Below are positions 23,742 through 37,290 of a stretch of DNA of 64,000 nt, piece after piece; within the stretch, counting starts at the first letter, position 1, and every line of letters begins with the position of its first letter. The stretch is taken from NCBI RefSeq assembly GCF_009834535.1, contig NC_045707.1:64110001-64174000 (forward strand), written 5' to 3'. Source of the stretch: Camelus ferus. Lineage: Eukaryota. Below the pieces are notes generated by a model, which was not told the DNA's origin, made no database searches, and saw only the letters and a list, made by a program, of their open reading frames with translations. The position numbers and the translations under genes are program-made.

Positions 23742-25349
23742 CTCTAGCAGTATTTTTGCAGCAGATGCATAGCAGTGTAATCCATATTTTTGGTGTAATT
23801 GCGAGAAGACTTCAAAACAGAGAGATGGCTCATTTGTAAGAGAGGGCTTCACATCCACTAAAACAATCCAGGAAAGAGGGGAGTTGATGCTTGATAAAAA
23901 GAGAACAGAGGAAAGAAGAGGGTCAGTGATGGGCAAAGAGGACTGTTTCAGGCTCCTCTGTTATTGGGACATGAGGGTTTGTTTTCTTTCAGACCCCTCC
24001 TTTCCTCTTGAGATCTAAGTAAAGAAAGGGGAAGCCGAAATGGGAAAGGGAAACCTATTTGAAGCTGTGAAACACAGACATCACTGAATTGTTTCAGCAA
24101 CATTTTATCGTCAGAAAAAAGATTCAAAAGATAAATCAGTATGCGCTGCCTGGGGATTATGTTATGGGAATTCTGATTATCAAATAACGAAGACTTAACT
24201 CCAAGAGGCATATTTGTAGTCATTCCTTGCTAGGGATGAAAGAGGATGATGTAAGCTTGAAGAGTAAAGTAACATGTGATATATTTTGGAAGAAATAACT
24301 GGAAAAAAAAATAACAAGGACTTCTGGCTGACATTCCAGGAATACAGCCACAGAGGCCAAGTTTTTATTAAAAGAGAGAAAGTGCATATTACAGAGATGA
24401 GAGGACCGTGTTGCATGGGTGAAAAGGCCCTGTGATGTTTTAAGCTGGCTGAATAAAATAGAAGGTGGCAATGGAATTACGAATAGGAGGCATAGAAATG
24501 AGGGCTAGTAAAAACCAGATGTAGAAAATTCTCTTTTAGGAGCAGGTAGAAGTGAATGTTGGTAAATGAAACCACTGTGAACTTGCTTTAGAAATGAATT
24601 TGTGAATGTTGAGGAGTTGGTTGACTTCTGCTCACATGATTAGACTATTGGGAAAGTTGCATTTAATGAAGGGATAAGAATCTTAATTTGAGGAGGAGCA
24701 TGCTTACTCTAGGCTTTTTCACTTATTTGAATAGAAAACATAAGATAAAGAGGTCGTGGAGAAACCAGAGGTAACCGAATTTGATCCTGCCTGTATTTTG
24801 TAGAAGCAGAGAAAAAGATCTCTTGAAGGGAAAAATAAAATAACTTTTATTAATTAAAGAGGGAACCATTATTCAGAGGGATTAGAGAACAGAAGGCAAG
24901 GCAAAAAACATTTCCCAGCACGATGTATCAACCTGATTCTTGTTCTGTAACCACTAGCCTGTTAGAAGCTACTACCTGCTTTAACACGCCTTTAAATTTT
25001 TTACTTTATTTTTCTGTTAGAAGAACCAAAAGGACACTGCTCTAATTCAACACTGCTGTCAGCATTATGTTGGGACATAGAGTCCAAGAACTGTATTATA
25101 AATAATAAGGGCAAGATTCCATGAGAGTAAGATAAGATAGGAACAAAAGGGAGGAATAATCAAAACGGACACCTTAACTGTGTTCAGAAGAGAACAGTGA
25201 AAATGAAGTGGAGCGCTGGGGAGAGCACTCTGGCTGAGCCCCAGATCATCAGAGAAAGGCTTTAGAAAACTAGAGAATTCATATAGAATCATGGGTCAAG
25301 TCCTACTTGATACCCCGATGTGTATTGGTCCAGCGGGCAGTAGAAAGCT

Positions 25350-26460
25350 TGGACATCTTCGTATTTTGAGAGAAGACCCCATAATCACATGTCCCCTATC
25401 TAACTTCCTTTCCTTTAAGTGGGTCCTTTAATCCCCTCCAATGTTATGTGGGATCCCAAGTCAGCAGGTCACACATTTTGTAAACACGTGGACGGCAGTG
25501 CTGACTGAGGTCCTGCAGGCAAGAGAGGCAAACCCATATTAGGAATGTGTGTTGCTTTTAGTGAAGATAAATCACCTCATCTTCCAGGATGAAAGGAGTT
25601 TCATGTAATCAGCTTGACACCAGGTTGGTCTGGAGAAGCGGTGCCACTCTGGGGGCTTGGAATTTGTCTCTGTTACCGGCAGGTCTGAACATTTAGCAGA
25701 AGCAAAGTTTAAGTCAGCTTTGGCGAATGGGAACCCACGCAGTTAGGCTCGTGCCTCCGTCCCGATCACCTTGGCTCTCCTGTCCTTGTGCCCGTTGTGC
25801 CGAGATTGGAGTGGCCAGGGACGGAGGCTGTTGGTGGCCATTGGCAGTCATTCTGTTTACTTCCCCGTTTATTACCTTCTGTGCGGTAGGTGCTGTCTGA
25901 TGGACAAAATGTAGTACGTTTTCCTGCTCCCATAGGTGCATCCACATACTGCTTCAGAGACGTCTTTGTCCTCAATCTTCCTGTTAATTCTTTATGCCTA
26001 ATTTTTTTCTTGCCTCAAACCCTTCTCCTTCCACACAAAGCGGATGACCAGGTGGATTGCCTAAAGCCCTGTCTGGTGGAAGGATTTCCCTCCCTACTTC
26101 CTTTTAGGGCTGCTCTGAGTTGGGCTGTGGAGGGGCAGTCATCCATTTTTTGGCTTACACTCACATATGGAGTTGATCAGGCTGTGAAACAAGCCTGACC
26201 ATTGCCCTCCTCCATCAGTTGATCTGAGTGGACTCCCCAAGGAGCCATAGATATGAGCTGAGAGAGAGGTGCTGCTGCGACAGCGGGAAATGACAGGAGG
26301 GGCTGGGGCTGGGGCCGCGGCTCGGCAGCCTATTTGCACCTGATCCCAAATGCACCATTTGCATCTTATGGAATGCTGCTGGGCCCACCCAACCTCGTGA
26401 TTTGGTGGGTCTGACAGAACTCAGCTTGTGATGGACGTACCAGTCCTATCTATTCTGTCA
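25350..26460 (-). mobile_element. ERVL internal fragment (degenerate RNase H/integrase of pol)
   Basis: Minus-strand translation MWMHLWEQ...VINGEVNRMT...QPPSLATPISAQRAQGQESQGDRDGG matches the ERVL pol pattern MWMDLWEW...QPLSLATPVLAQWAHEQSGHGGRDGG. Frameshifted. Confidence 0.85.
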
Positions 26461-26899
26461 CTTTTTTTTTTTTCTGTGAGAGAAATCTCCTAATTCACTG
26501 AAGTTTCTGCAGTTGGGTCTCTGTTGTTAGCAGCTGAGTACAATGTCCAACTAACACAAAACTTTGTATCTGACAACACGATACTCACACTGTGTTGTGT
26601 AAGCTACTGTCTGTCCTAGTTGCAAGAAAATCAGGAGCTAGCACCAAAATATAGACCACACTGTTCGATTCAACTGACCTTTTTGTTTTCGGTTTTTTTT
26701 TTTTTTTGGTTGCGAGATGTTCTTAAAGAATGAAGCAGTATGATTTATATTCTGGCGTGATATCTATCTCATAATGTACAGTAGCAAACAGTTTGCATAT
26801 TGGCATCTTAAGTAAAACCGATCTAAGGCATACATTCCAAAGTGTCCTTTTGAGACAGATGCACTGGGAGATACGCAAAAATTCTTTCATTTAACTGTT

Positions 26900-27386
26900 T
26901 ATTTATTTATTTTATTGAAGTATAGTTGATTTGCAATGTTGTGTTAGTTTCAGGTGTACAGCAAAGTGATTCAGTTGTGTATACATATATTCGTTTTCAT
27001 ATTCTTTTTCTTTATAGGCTATTACAAGGTATAGAATATAGTTCCCTGTGCTACATAGTAGGACCTTGTTGTTTATCTATTGTATATATAGTAGTTAGAA
27101 TCTGCAAATCCAGAACTCCCAATTTATCCCTCCACCTCCCCTTCTCCCCAAGTAACCTTAATTTTGTTTTTTATGTCTGCGAGTCTTTTTCTGTTTTGTA
27201 AATAAGTTCATTTGTGTCATTAAAAAAAATTCCACCCACATACAAGGGATATTGTGTAGTATTTATCTTTCTCTGTCTGACTTACTTCACTTAGTATGAT
27301 AATCTCTAGGTCCATCCATATTGCTGCAAATGGCATTATTTCATTCTTTTTTAGAGCTGAGTAGTATTCCACTATATCTATGTGCA

Positions 27387-27417
<31 letters not shown>

Positions 27418-30400
27418 ATATACACACATATATATCTCCCACATCTTCTTTATCCATTTATCTGTTGATGGACATTTAGGTTGCTTCCATGTCTTGGTTA
27501 TTGTAAATGGTGCTGCTATGAACAGTTGGGGTGCATGTATCTTTTCAAATTAGAGTTTTCTCTAGATGTATGCCCAGGAGTGGGATTGCTGGATCACATG
27601 GTAACTCTATTTTCAGTATTTTAAGGAACTTCCATACTGTTCTCCATAGTGGCTGTACCAGTTTACATTCCCACTAACCATGTAGGAGGGTTCCCTTTTC
27701 TCCACACCCTCTCCAGGATTTATTATTTGTAGAATTTTTGATGATGGCCATTCTGACTCGTGTGAGGTGGTACCTCATTGTGGTTTTTGTGTGTGTTTCT
27801 CTAATAATTAATGATATCGTACATCTCTTTATGTGCCTGTTGACCATCTGGTTGTCTTCTTTGGAGAAATGTCTATTTAGATCTTCTGCCCATTTTTTTG
27901 AGTGGGTGGTGTTTTGTTTTTTTGTTTTTTTTTTTTTGATATTGAGTTGTATGAGCTGTTTGGATACTTTGGAAATGAATGCCTTGTCACTCTCATCATT
28001 TGCAAATATTTTCCCCATTCCGTAGGTTGTCTTTTCACTTTGTTTATGGTTTCCTTTGCTGTGCAAAAGCTTTTAAGTTTAATTAGGTCCCATTTGTTTA
28101 TTTTATTTTTACTTCCATTACTCTAGGAGATGGATCCAAAAAAAAAATTGATGCAATTTATGTCAAAGAATGTTCTGCCTATGTTTTCTTCTAAGAGTTT
28201 TAGAGTATGTTTAGGTCTTTAATTCATTTTGAGTTTATTTTTGCATGTCGTTTTAGAGAATGTTCTGATTTCATTCTTCTACATATAGCTGTCCAGTTAT
28301 CGCAGCACCACTTGCCAAAGAACTGTCTTTTCTCTGTTGCATATTCTTGTCTCCTTTGCAGTAGATTAATTGACCGTAAGTGTGTGGGTTTATTTCTCGG
28401 CTTTCTGTGCTTTTCCGTTGATCTATATGTCTGTTTCTTTGCCAGTAATAGTATTTTGATTACTGTAGTTTTGTAGTGTAGTCTGAAGTCAGGGAGCCTG
28501 CTTCTTTCACTTCTGTTCTTCCTTTTTCAGTTTTGGCTATTCAGAGTCTTTTGCGTTTCCATAGAAATTTTGAAATTTTTTGTTCAAGTTCTGTGAAAAA
28601 TGCCATTGGTAATTTGATAGAGATTGCATTGAATCTGTAGATTTCCTTGGGTAGTATGGTTATTTTAACAATATTGATTCTTCTAACCCAGGAACACAGT
28701 GTATCTTTCCATCTGTTTGTGTCTATTACCATGAGGTCTTGGTATAGCAGTCTGTATATATTCATGATTGTTTTAAGTTGCTGATCTCTTAATTTCAAAT
28801 GCATTTTAGATACTCTGTATTCATACTCCCCTCAGGATTACTGGCTTTGATATAATATTTTACATCTGATTGTTTTGTATGTTCCTTAACTGCTTATTTG
28901 GATACAGATGATTTTCCTACTTCTGTCTGTTAACATCCCTACTAGTTTGTGTGTGGATGACTTTCTACCTTTATTGTATGTTTGCTTTTACTGGTGAGCT
29001 TTTCTATTTCATAATTTTCTTGTTCCTAGTTGTAGCCTTTTCTTTTCCTCCTAGAAAAGTCCTTTAGCATTTGTTGTGAAGTTGTTTTTGTGGTGTTGAC
29101 TTCTTTTAGCTTTTGCTTGTCTGGAATGCTTTTGATTTGTCCATCAAATCTGAATGAGAGCCTTGTAGGGTAGACTATTCTTGGCTGTAGGGTTTTCCCT
29201 TTCATCACTTTAAATATGTTGTGCCACTCCCTTCTGGTCTGCAGAATTTCTGCTGAAAAATCAGCTGATAGTCTTATGGGAGTTCCCTTGTATGTTATTT
29301 TTTGCTTTTCCCTTGTTGCTTTTAATATTTCCTCTTTCTCTTTAATTTTTGTCAATTTGATTATTATGTGTCTTGGTGTATTTCTCTTTGGGTTAATCCT
29401 TTATGGCACTTCCTGGACTTGGATGACTGTTTCCTTTCCCAGGTAGGGAAGTTTTCAGCTATTACCTCTTCAAATATTTTCTCAGATTCTTTCTATCTCT
29501 TTTCTCCTTCTGAGACCCCTATAATGCAAATGTTAGCATGCTTGATGTTGTCCCAGAGGACTCTTAAACTGCCCTTATTTCTTTTTATTGTTTTTTCTTT
29601 ATCCTGTTCTGCAGCAGTGTTTTCCACTGCTGTGTCTTCCAGCTCTCATCCATTCTTCTGCCTCATTTATTCTACTATTGGCTCCTTCTAGTGTATTTTT
29701 CATTTCAGTTATTGTATTCAACTCTGTTTGGTCGTTCTTTATATTTTCTAACTTTTTGTTAAAATCTTCTAACATCTTGCTCTGTGCATCCATTCTTCTC
29801 CTGAGTTCTTGGATATCTTTATGATCATTAGTTACTCTGAGCTCTTTCTCAGGTAGATTGCCTATCTCCACTTCATTTAATTGTTCTTCTGGGGTTGTAC
29901 CTTATTCCTTTATCTGGAACATATTCCTCGGCCACCTCAATTTTTTTTCTAAATTTGTATTTTTATGTGTGTGGTGGGTTAGTTACATTTCACAACATTG
30001 GAGAAGTGGCCCTCTGTAGGGGATGTCCTATGTGTGCTAGCAGTCCACTCCCCTCTTGCCTCCTGAGGGCCGGGGCCAGCTTGTCCCAGGGTAGAGTCTG
30101 GCGAGCATTTGCAGACTTGGTTCTGCAGGCTGCGGGATTGTAGTTTTCTTGCTCCTGATGTCTGCCCCTGGTGAGTGAGGCTTGTGCAGGCCTCCTGGTG
30201 GGAGGGACCAGTGCCTGCCCACTGGTGGGTGGACCTGGTTCCTGGCCCTCTGGTGAACAGCACCATGTCTAGAGGTGGCTGTGGGCTCAGGAAGTCTTTA
30301 GGTAGCATGTCTGCTGATAGTGGAGCTGTGTTCCCACCCAGTTAGTTGTTTGGCCTGAGACATCCCAGCAATGGGTCCTACAGGCTGTTGGGTGGGGCCA

Positions 30401-31046
30401 GGTCTTGGTGCTAATGACCCAAGCAAGATGTTGGTTTCCAGGAGAGTTCATGCAGATGATTACTCCTTGATATGTCTACCACAAGATTCTATGTCCCCAG
30501 GGTGAGCCACAACCACTCCCCTCCACCTTCCCAGAACTTCCAAAACCAGCAGGTTGACCTGGCCCAGGCTCCTATGAAGTTACTGCTTTTGCCCTGATCC
30601 AGGTGTGTGTGAGATTTTGTGTTCTCCCTTTAAGAGTGAAGTCTCTATTTTCTCCCAGTCCTGTGGAGCTCCTGCAGTTAAGCCTCACTGGCCTTCAGAG
30701 CCAAATGCTCTGGGGGCTTCTCTTCCTGATGCCAGATCCCCAGTCTGAGGAGCCTGAGGTGGGGCTCAGAACTCTCACTCCTGTGGGAGAACCTCTACAA
30801 TATAATTATTCTCCAGTCTGGGGGGTCACGCCCCAGGGCAGGGGGTATGGGATTTGATTATATTGTGAATTCACCCCTCCTACCATCTCATTGCTGTTCC
30901 TTCTTTATGTCTTTAGTTGTAGAAGATTGTTTTTGATAGCTTTCAGTCTTTTTTTAATCAATGGTTGTTGAGAAGTTAGTTGTGATTTTGGTGTGCTTGT
31001 GAGAGGAGGTGAGACCAAGGTCCTTCTACTCCACTGTCTTGGCCTC
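26900..31046 (-). mobile_element. Cetartiodactyl-type L1 with 5'UTR, ORF1 and 3'UTR but a large internal ORF2 deletion
   Basis: Has an L1 5' end (caagacagtggagtagaagg on minus), ORF1 peptides, ORF2 C-terminal peptides ([56 protein letters not shown]) and a 3'UTR plus tail. 17-bp TSD tctttcatttaa(c/t)tgtt at 26883-26899 and 31047-31063. Confidence 0.95.
29026..29940 (-). pseudogene. L1 ORF1p, disrupted
   Basis: EIGNLPEKELRV...; KIKEKEEILKATREKQKITYKGTPIRLSADFSAEILQTRREWHNIFKVMKGKTLQPRIVYPTRLSF. Split across frames by frameshifts and stops. Confidence 0.9.
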
Positions 31047-32538
31047 TCTTTCATTTAATTGTTGATTCCATTTTGAAATTTAAACCTGCGATTATCAACT
31101 GGGGCTACAGAGGAATCTCTCAAGGTACCCCTACCTCACTATCCTAACCTTGGAAGCATGATAGTGAAAAATTATTACACACGGTTTGGTTTCACAGACT
31201 TTTGAATCACTGCAGTGCCTGACATTTTGTTTAATTGACAGCAAAATAAAATCCTTTCATTACATGCTTCTTCGTATGCTGTTTGTCTGACATCAAAGTT
31301 TGCTATTCCACAAAGCAATTGTTTTACACATAGATTCTGCTTCAGTTTCCGAATGGACTGAATTGCATGGTTTGCCAATACATGGAGAAAGTGCTAAATA
31401 TATGGTAGTTATTATTCTTATTTGAACTTGGGTTTGTTCATCATTATTCAATGATCACCGCCCAGATCTCACTGTGTTCATCAGAATATGTTTTGTGTGG
31501 ATGGCAATAAATAGAGTCTAGTAAGCGTTTAGGGACAGTCTTTATTAGCACTAAATGGACTTAGTGAAGCCCCCAGCTGAACCACTATATTGCTACCTTT
31601 ATACATAGAAAATCATGGAATAAAGACCAAGAGCTACTTACTGCTCTAGATCTCACAACTCTTTAAACTTCCCAGTGAGGGTGAAAAATGCTCCATTTCA
31701 AGTTCATGTTATTCTTGGGAAGCACTTTATTCTGACTCTCTGCACGGCTTTTCTTACCATATGAATTCAGTGGGCACTGATCCCATTAGAAATTCTGCAG
31801 TAGAAGCCTTTCCTCTGTGCCCAATGATTGAACAGTACAATTCTCATCATCTTTTTAGTCTAAGGAGAACAGCCTTATGATTATGGCAAGGATAATGCTT
31901 TCTTAGCTACAAAACTTGATTTCCCCAGTCTGCCTTTCAAGGAATTTCTTTGAAGAAATTCTCTGACTGACCAAGAGGAAGATACTTGTAGCTAAGTAAT
32001 CTGCAAACCAGCGGAAGATGTTCACATAAAGAGGGACAATAGCTAGAATTTCCACTTTTGAACAAAATGGTCTGTGACCACCAGGTGTGACCAGGTTAGC
32101 CCCTTAAATTCCTATGGGATTAGAAAGGGAAGAAAGTAAGGACCAAATAGTGTCAACAGTGACTGAGCCTGAAAAAGAAACAGGAAGGAGAGAAGGTACA
32201 GGTGAAAGAGGGAGGTTGGGGAGGGTGGGCCTGAAGGAAGCATCGCCGGGGAGGGGCTCAGGATTGCCCAGGTTTCCCCCTCTTTTTTAGGTCACTCCTT
32301 GAGGGGTGAGTTAGGCTCTCTCCTGTCTTGTCTTTCTTCTCTCTTTTCTTATTCTAGGGTCTTAATGTATTTGCACTTAATTCAATTTATAGGAGAAGAG
32401 ATCATGTCACTATTCTATGCTTTAATTACATCATAGGCATATCTGATACTAAAAATATTTAATAAGTGGCATGGCACGGGCATGGGTGAATTAGAAAAAA
32501 AGCACTGCCATCAATCAGAATGTGCACGAGCTACCAGG

Positions 32539-32671
32539 AAAGTGGACATATAATGAATTGTCCAAATCAGGACACTTCTGAGAGTGAAATGAGGCACTGT
32601 TAAAAATTATGCCGGAATGAGAGACATGAGCAGGGGTCATCCCAGGCAAACTCGGATGGATGGTCACTCTA
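32539..32671. mobile_element. hAT-Blackjack MITE (MER94-like)
   Basis: gtccaaatcaggacacttctgagagtgaaa...aattatgccgga...cccaggcaaactcggatggatggtcactcta. Confidence 0.8.
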
Positions 32672-34986
32672 GTCCTAAATGAAGAGTAAGACTCGACTGG
32701 TGTGTGTTGGCTGAATACAATGAAAAGTTTGGCTTGGGGTCTTTTTCAAATCTGTAAGGTTTTATGTAGCCGTTGAGCATGGTTATTCTTCAGAATATTT
32801 GGTACATTTATCTCACACTGGTTTCTAGAGCACATTTCTGCGGGAATACAGCCTCCACGAGAGAGCAGCCCACGGACACGTCTGGAAGAGTGACAGCAGG
32901 GTTTAGATTCTACTGTACCCTCAGCAGGTACATAGACAGACAGGTAGCTATAGATACAGATATTAACATACACAGTTGTAGATAAACGTAGCTATTCAAA
33001 ACTATCATAATGTTTTGGAGTGTTTACTGTTAGCCAGGCTTTCTCAGCATTACAGGTGGTGAGACTGAGGTCAGTCCAGGAGGCTAAATGATGTGACCGC
33101 TGGACTCATAACCTCTGAGGACTGGTATGTGATGAGATCGGAGCTTCTAGTCTTTCATGCTATGTGAGAGCGCCTCCCACTACCAAATGCCTCCTTGTTG
33201 CTGACACTTTGCTTCCTTGCTTAGAGTCTTGTAGAGCAGGGGGACAGACAAATCAATCTACCACTTGTAATTCCGTTTACAGTTCGCTGTGACACATGAA
33301 AAGTAGAGATAAATAAATCATACGGGTAAGGGAATATTTCCAGCCAGAGGATGGCTCGAGGTGAATTTTTAAAGATGGATAGGAAATCACCAGAAGCAAA
33401 GGGCTCTGTGTGTGCAGAATCACCCAGCATGAAATTCTTCATGACATGTTTTGGGAATTATAAGTATTTGGGGACAGTTGGAGGTGAAGGGATGGTCTTT
33501 GTGCTCAGCTGATTAAGGTGACAGCATCCTGTCCACCTTCAGGAGTCATTTCAAAAGACTTCCAGTATAGTAACAATGTGATTTACTTGAATTCTGGAAA
33601 GGTCTTTCTGGCAGAGGTGTGGCGGACAGATTCGTGAGAGGCCAGCTTGGTGGCAGAGAAATCAGTTAGGAACGATAGGAATTTCGATGAAATGTTGTTG
33701 TTTTGAAAAACTATCCACCACCCTCCCTTCCTTAGTTTCACAGCACTCAGAGTCCTAAGTAAGGAGTGGAAAGAACAGAAGAACAAGGACACCCTAAGGA
33801 ACTAGGCTATGGAGGGGAGGAGCGACAGCTCGGAAGCTTCAAAGGAGACGAGGAGATCAAGTAAATGGAACATGAGAGAAAGGAAGGGAGAGAGGGAAAC
33901 AGAGAGAGAGAGAGAGATCCCTTCTGCTTCTTCCTCCCCAGTTTTTGCTCTATTGTTTGTTTCCCTTGCCCAACCCCACCCTTGCAACTACTCTCAATAT
34001 TTTTTCCTTCACTCCCTTCTCCTAAATGTAATTAACTCAGTTTACCTGTATTTTTAAAAAGGAAAGAGTACTGCACTAAGACAGGTCAGATCAAACCGGA
34101 AATGTCTTTGCTGGGTTGTGGACTTGTAAGTTCTTTTTATCACCTTTACCTCTCAGCTTTGGCACCTCACGTGTCCTTGAGGAAGATGGTAAGTGAAACG
34201 GAGGCAAGGAAAGACTCACTTCCGCTGGCGAATGCTCAGTTACTGATGATTTATGGAAGAACTGATTCAACATCATGTGTATGAAGTGATTCACACTGAC
34301 CCACTTTAAAACCGCTTTTGCCCATCACTGCGCTCCTGGAATCATCTTCCTGTTTGCCTCATTACTAAGTAAACTTTCTCCTCTAATTCCCATAGCTTGG
34401 GATTCTACCTTTCTGTCACATTCCTACCTCTGCTCCCTGTTTAAGGAAAGCCTCCACCTGTGTACTAGCCAGGCTGTTCTCTTTAGCACAGGAAGAAAGA
34501 GAATCCAGTTTTTAAAAAGACGATAAACTTTTACCCTAAACATAGTGAATACGTAATGCTTTAATATTTAGGCTGAAGTTAAAGGTGCCTAGGGAAAACT
34601 CAGCAACTGAGAACGTTCACCGTATTTTAATGCATCTTTGTGTGGGTGTGGGGGGTGGTGCTCAGAAGCAGCACTCAGCTCTGTCATCAGAGGGACAAAT
34701 AACACAGAATCAGATTTTTGGAACTAGAGAACCATAGAAAAAAATACATTTTTACTCTGGTTTCTTGACTGGACAGACAAAAAAGCTGAAAGAAAGGAAA
34801 TGTAAATGAGTTACTATGGACCTGAGAAAACTCCCCTCTCAGAGGTACGAGACAGTGTGAAACTTTGACATTATCAATACGACATGTCATAGATTAGATA
34901 TTATGAATGGCATATTTAGGAGGTAGGTTTCAGTTAAAAGTATGTAACTTGCAAAGGTCTGTTATCTTAACTGAGATTTTTTTAAA

Positions 34987-35358
34987 TGATATTTGCATTC
35001 ATTTGCCGTAACGAAGTATAAACTGGGTGGTTTAAACAGCAGTAGTTTATTGTCTCCTAGTTCTGAAGGCTGGAAGTCCAAGTTCAAAGTGTTAGCGAGG
35101 TTGGTTTCTTCTGAGGTCATTCTTCTTGGCTTGTAGAAGACCGACGTCTCATGGCCTTCCTTTCGGGTGTACATCTGTCCTAATCTCCTCTTATAATAAA
35201 GACATAAGTCATAATGGGTTAGGTACACCCTAATGATCTCATTGAACCTTAATTACACTTTGAAGACCCTTTCTCCAAATATAGTCATGCTCTGAGGTCC
35301 TGGGACTTAAGGCTTCAACATTATGAGTTTGGGGGGGAACCCAATTCAGCCCATAACA
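34987..35358 (-). mobile_element. MaLR solo LTR (MLT1A-like)
   Basis: aactgggtggtttaaacagc...ttctgaaggctggaagtccaag...ctccaaatatagtcatgctctgagg...aattcagcccataaca. Confidence 0.85.
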
Positions 35359-36959
35359 ATACTTACACCAAATTTTGTGTGTACGCAGGCATGGGGATGC
35401 ATTTATAAATGTATTAGGTAAACCTATAAGAAAATAAAATTCATATAATAAAATTTATAAATAACTCACACTGGTCTTTTTAGGAATATACTTAGAATAA
35501 CGAAGCAGGACTAGACAGGATGTTGAGAAAAAGTTAAAAGAGGAAACACATAAACTATAATGAAAACAAACAGAAGAGAGAAAGAGAATGAAGACTAAAG
35601 AAAGATAGATGGTATTAAAAAAAAAAAGTAAGACTGCAGAAAGCGAGCAGGAAGTAGAGCAGCTTTGTTTACACATTTGTGCCCGTGTTTTTCTAATAGT
35701 GATGTTGGAATTGCTCCACGTGGTTGAGTTTATTCTATGAATAAAATCTGATAATTTAAGACATTAGAAATAGGGAATGGAAAAATATTATGTTTTCCAA
35801 GCCAAACCCACCACACCCCTTAGCTCTTATTTTCTGGAGTTGGCCTCCTGTAGACATTACTTTTGCCAACTGCCAGTATCACAGAAACCACCGAACCCGC
35901 AGGTAAAAGGGAGCCCTAATGATTTTAAATTAAAGAAAATTCACATTTGAGAGCTAAATATCTTTTTGGATTATTATTGGGTACCAACTACTTATATTTC
36001 CGACTTTCCCTTTTATTATACATTTAGGATAACATTTTCTGGATCCAAAAAAAAATCTCATTTAAATGTTGGAAAGATTGACTGAAACGCAAGTTCTAAG
36101 AATAAAAGTAGAAAACAGGTACATCCCTTCATCTAAATTTTGGACTCCGAAGACCCCACCCTACGGGAGAAGTAAGGTACGAAGCACGTTTTCATGCTTG
36201 ACACGCACGTTTAGTAGAAGATTCTTCTGCGAGAGGCTTCTAAGGAATAGAAATATTCATAAAACAGCTCATGCAGGGACCATATAATTAAACCACGAAC
36301 AATTTAGTTCCACTCAGGCATTTAGAAGGTAAATGTTATCCATTTCCATATCTTTAAAATTTTCAGCCCCAAATATTTTAACCATATAACTTTACTGCAG
36401 GCAGAAGAAAATACACATAAAAGTAAAAAAAAATGTGTTTTACAATGAATCTGCCACTGATATGATGTGAGTGTGCAACTAAATGGGCCGTGCTGGAGAG
36501 AGGAGATTGGCTACTGGGCGGGTGCCAGTGATACCCTTTGACGCTGCTTGGCCTCATGTGTTCCTGATCAGGCAGCCAGGGCTCTGGCACATCCAGGCTG
36601 GGAAGGTAGAAAGCAGAACAGACTTTACTTTCAATTGTGGGGTTCAGAGGGACTGCAACATAAGAACGCATGCTTGATGTGCTGTCAAATATTTTATTTC
36701 AAAGCCAAACACTAAATTGGAGCATTAGATGACCTTTAAAGAAATTCTTTTCCTTTGTTTTTCCCCCTAATTTACTAATTCTGAACTTCACAGTGGCATT
36801 CTGTGCTGGCGTAGTGTTAAGAAGGACTAAATTCAAAGACAAAAAACCTGACCAGGTGTGGCTAGCTATGTGGCTGCGGGCTAGTCACTCAACGGCTCGA
36901 AGCCTCTGTTTCCTTCTCTAGAAAATGACATGACTGGCCCAGGCAATTATAATTTGTAC

Positions 36960-37290
36960 TGAGTGACCCTTGAGTCTCCTTGCAGATGTGTTTTTGGCCT
37001 TTGTAATATTACAAGATGTGTTAACTAGTAGCCCATATAAAAAAAAGCAGACGATTTCAGAAATATAGATTTCTGCTTTCTCTTGCAGATTTGGAAGGTC
37101 TGGTAACTCAGGACCCACAGATTTGCAGAGCGACAGTATGTGGGTGCTGAGTAGAGCTCTGATCTAATCAGGAATGTTCTCTTTCAGTTGCTCCTTTGCC
37201 AGGCATGGACCCATTCAACTAGCTACGTTTATTTACTTTACCTGCCTGACTTTTTTTTTTTTGACATTTTAATTTTCCATCCTTCGTCTA
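36960..37290. mobile_element. hAT-Charlie element (MER102-like)
   Basis: atatagatttctgctttctcttgcagatttggaaggtctggtaac...gtgctgagtagagc...tttacctgcctg. Confidence 0.55.
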
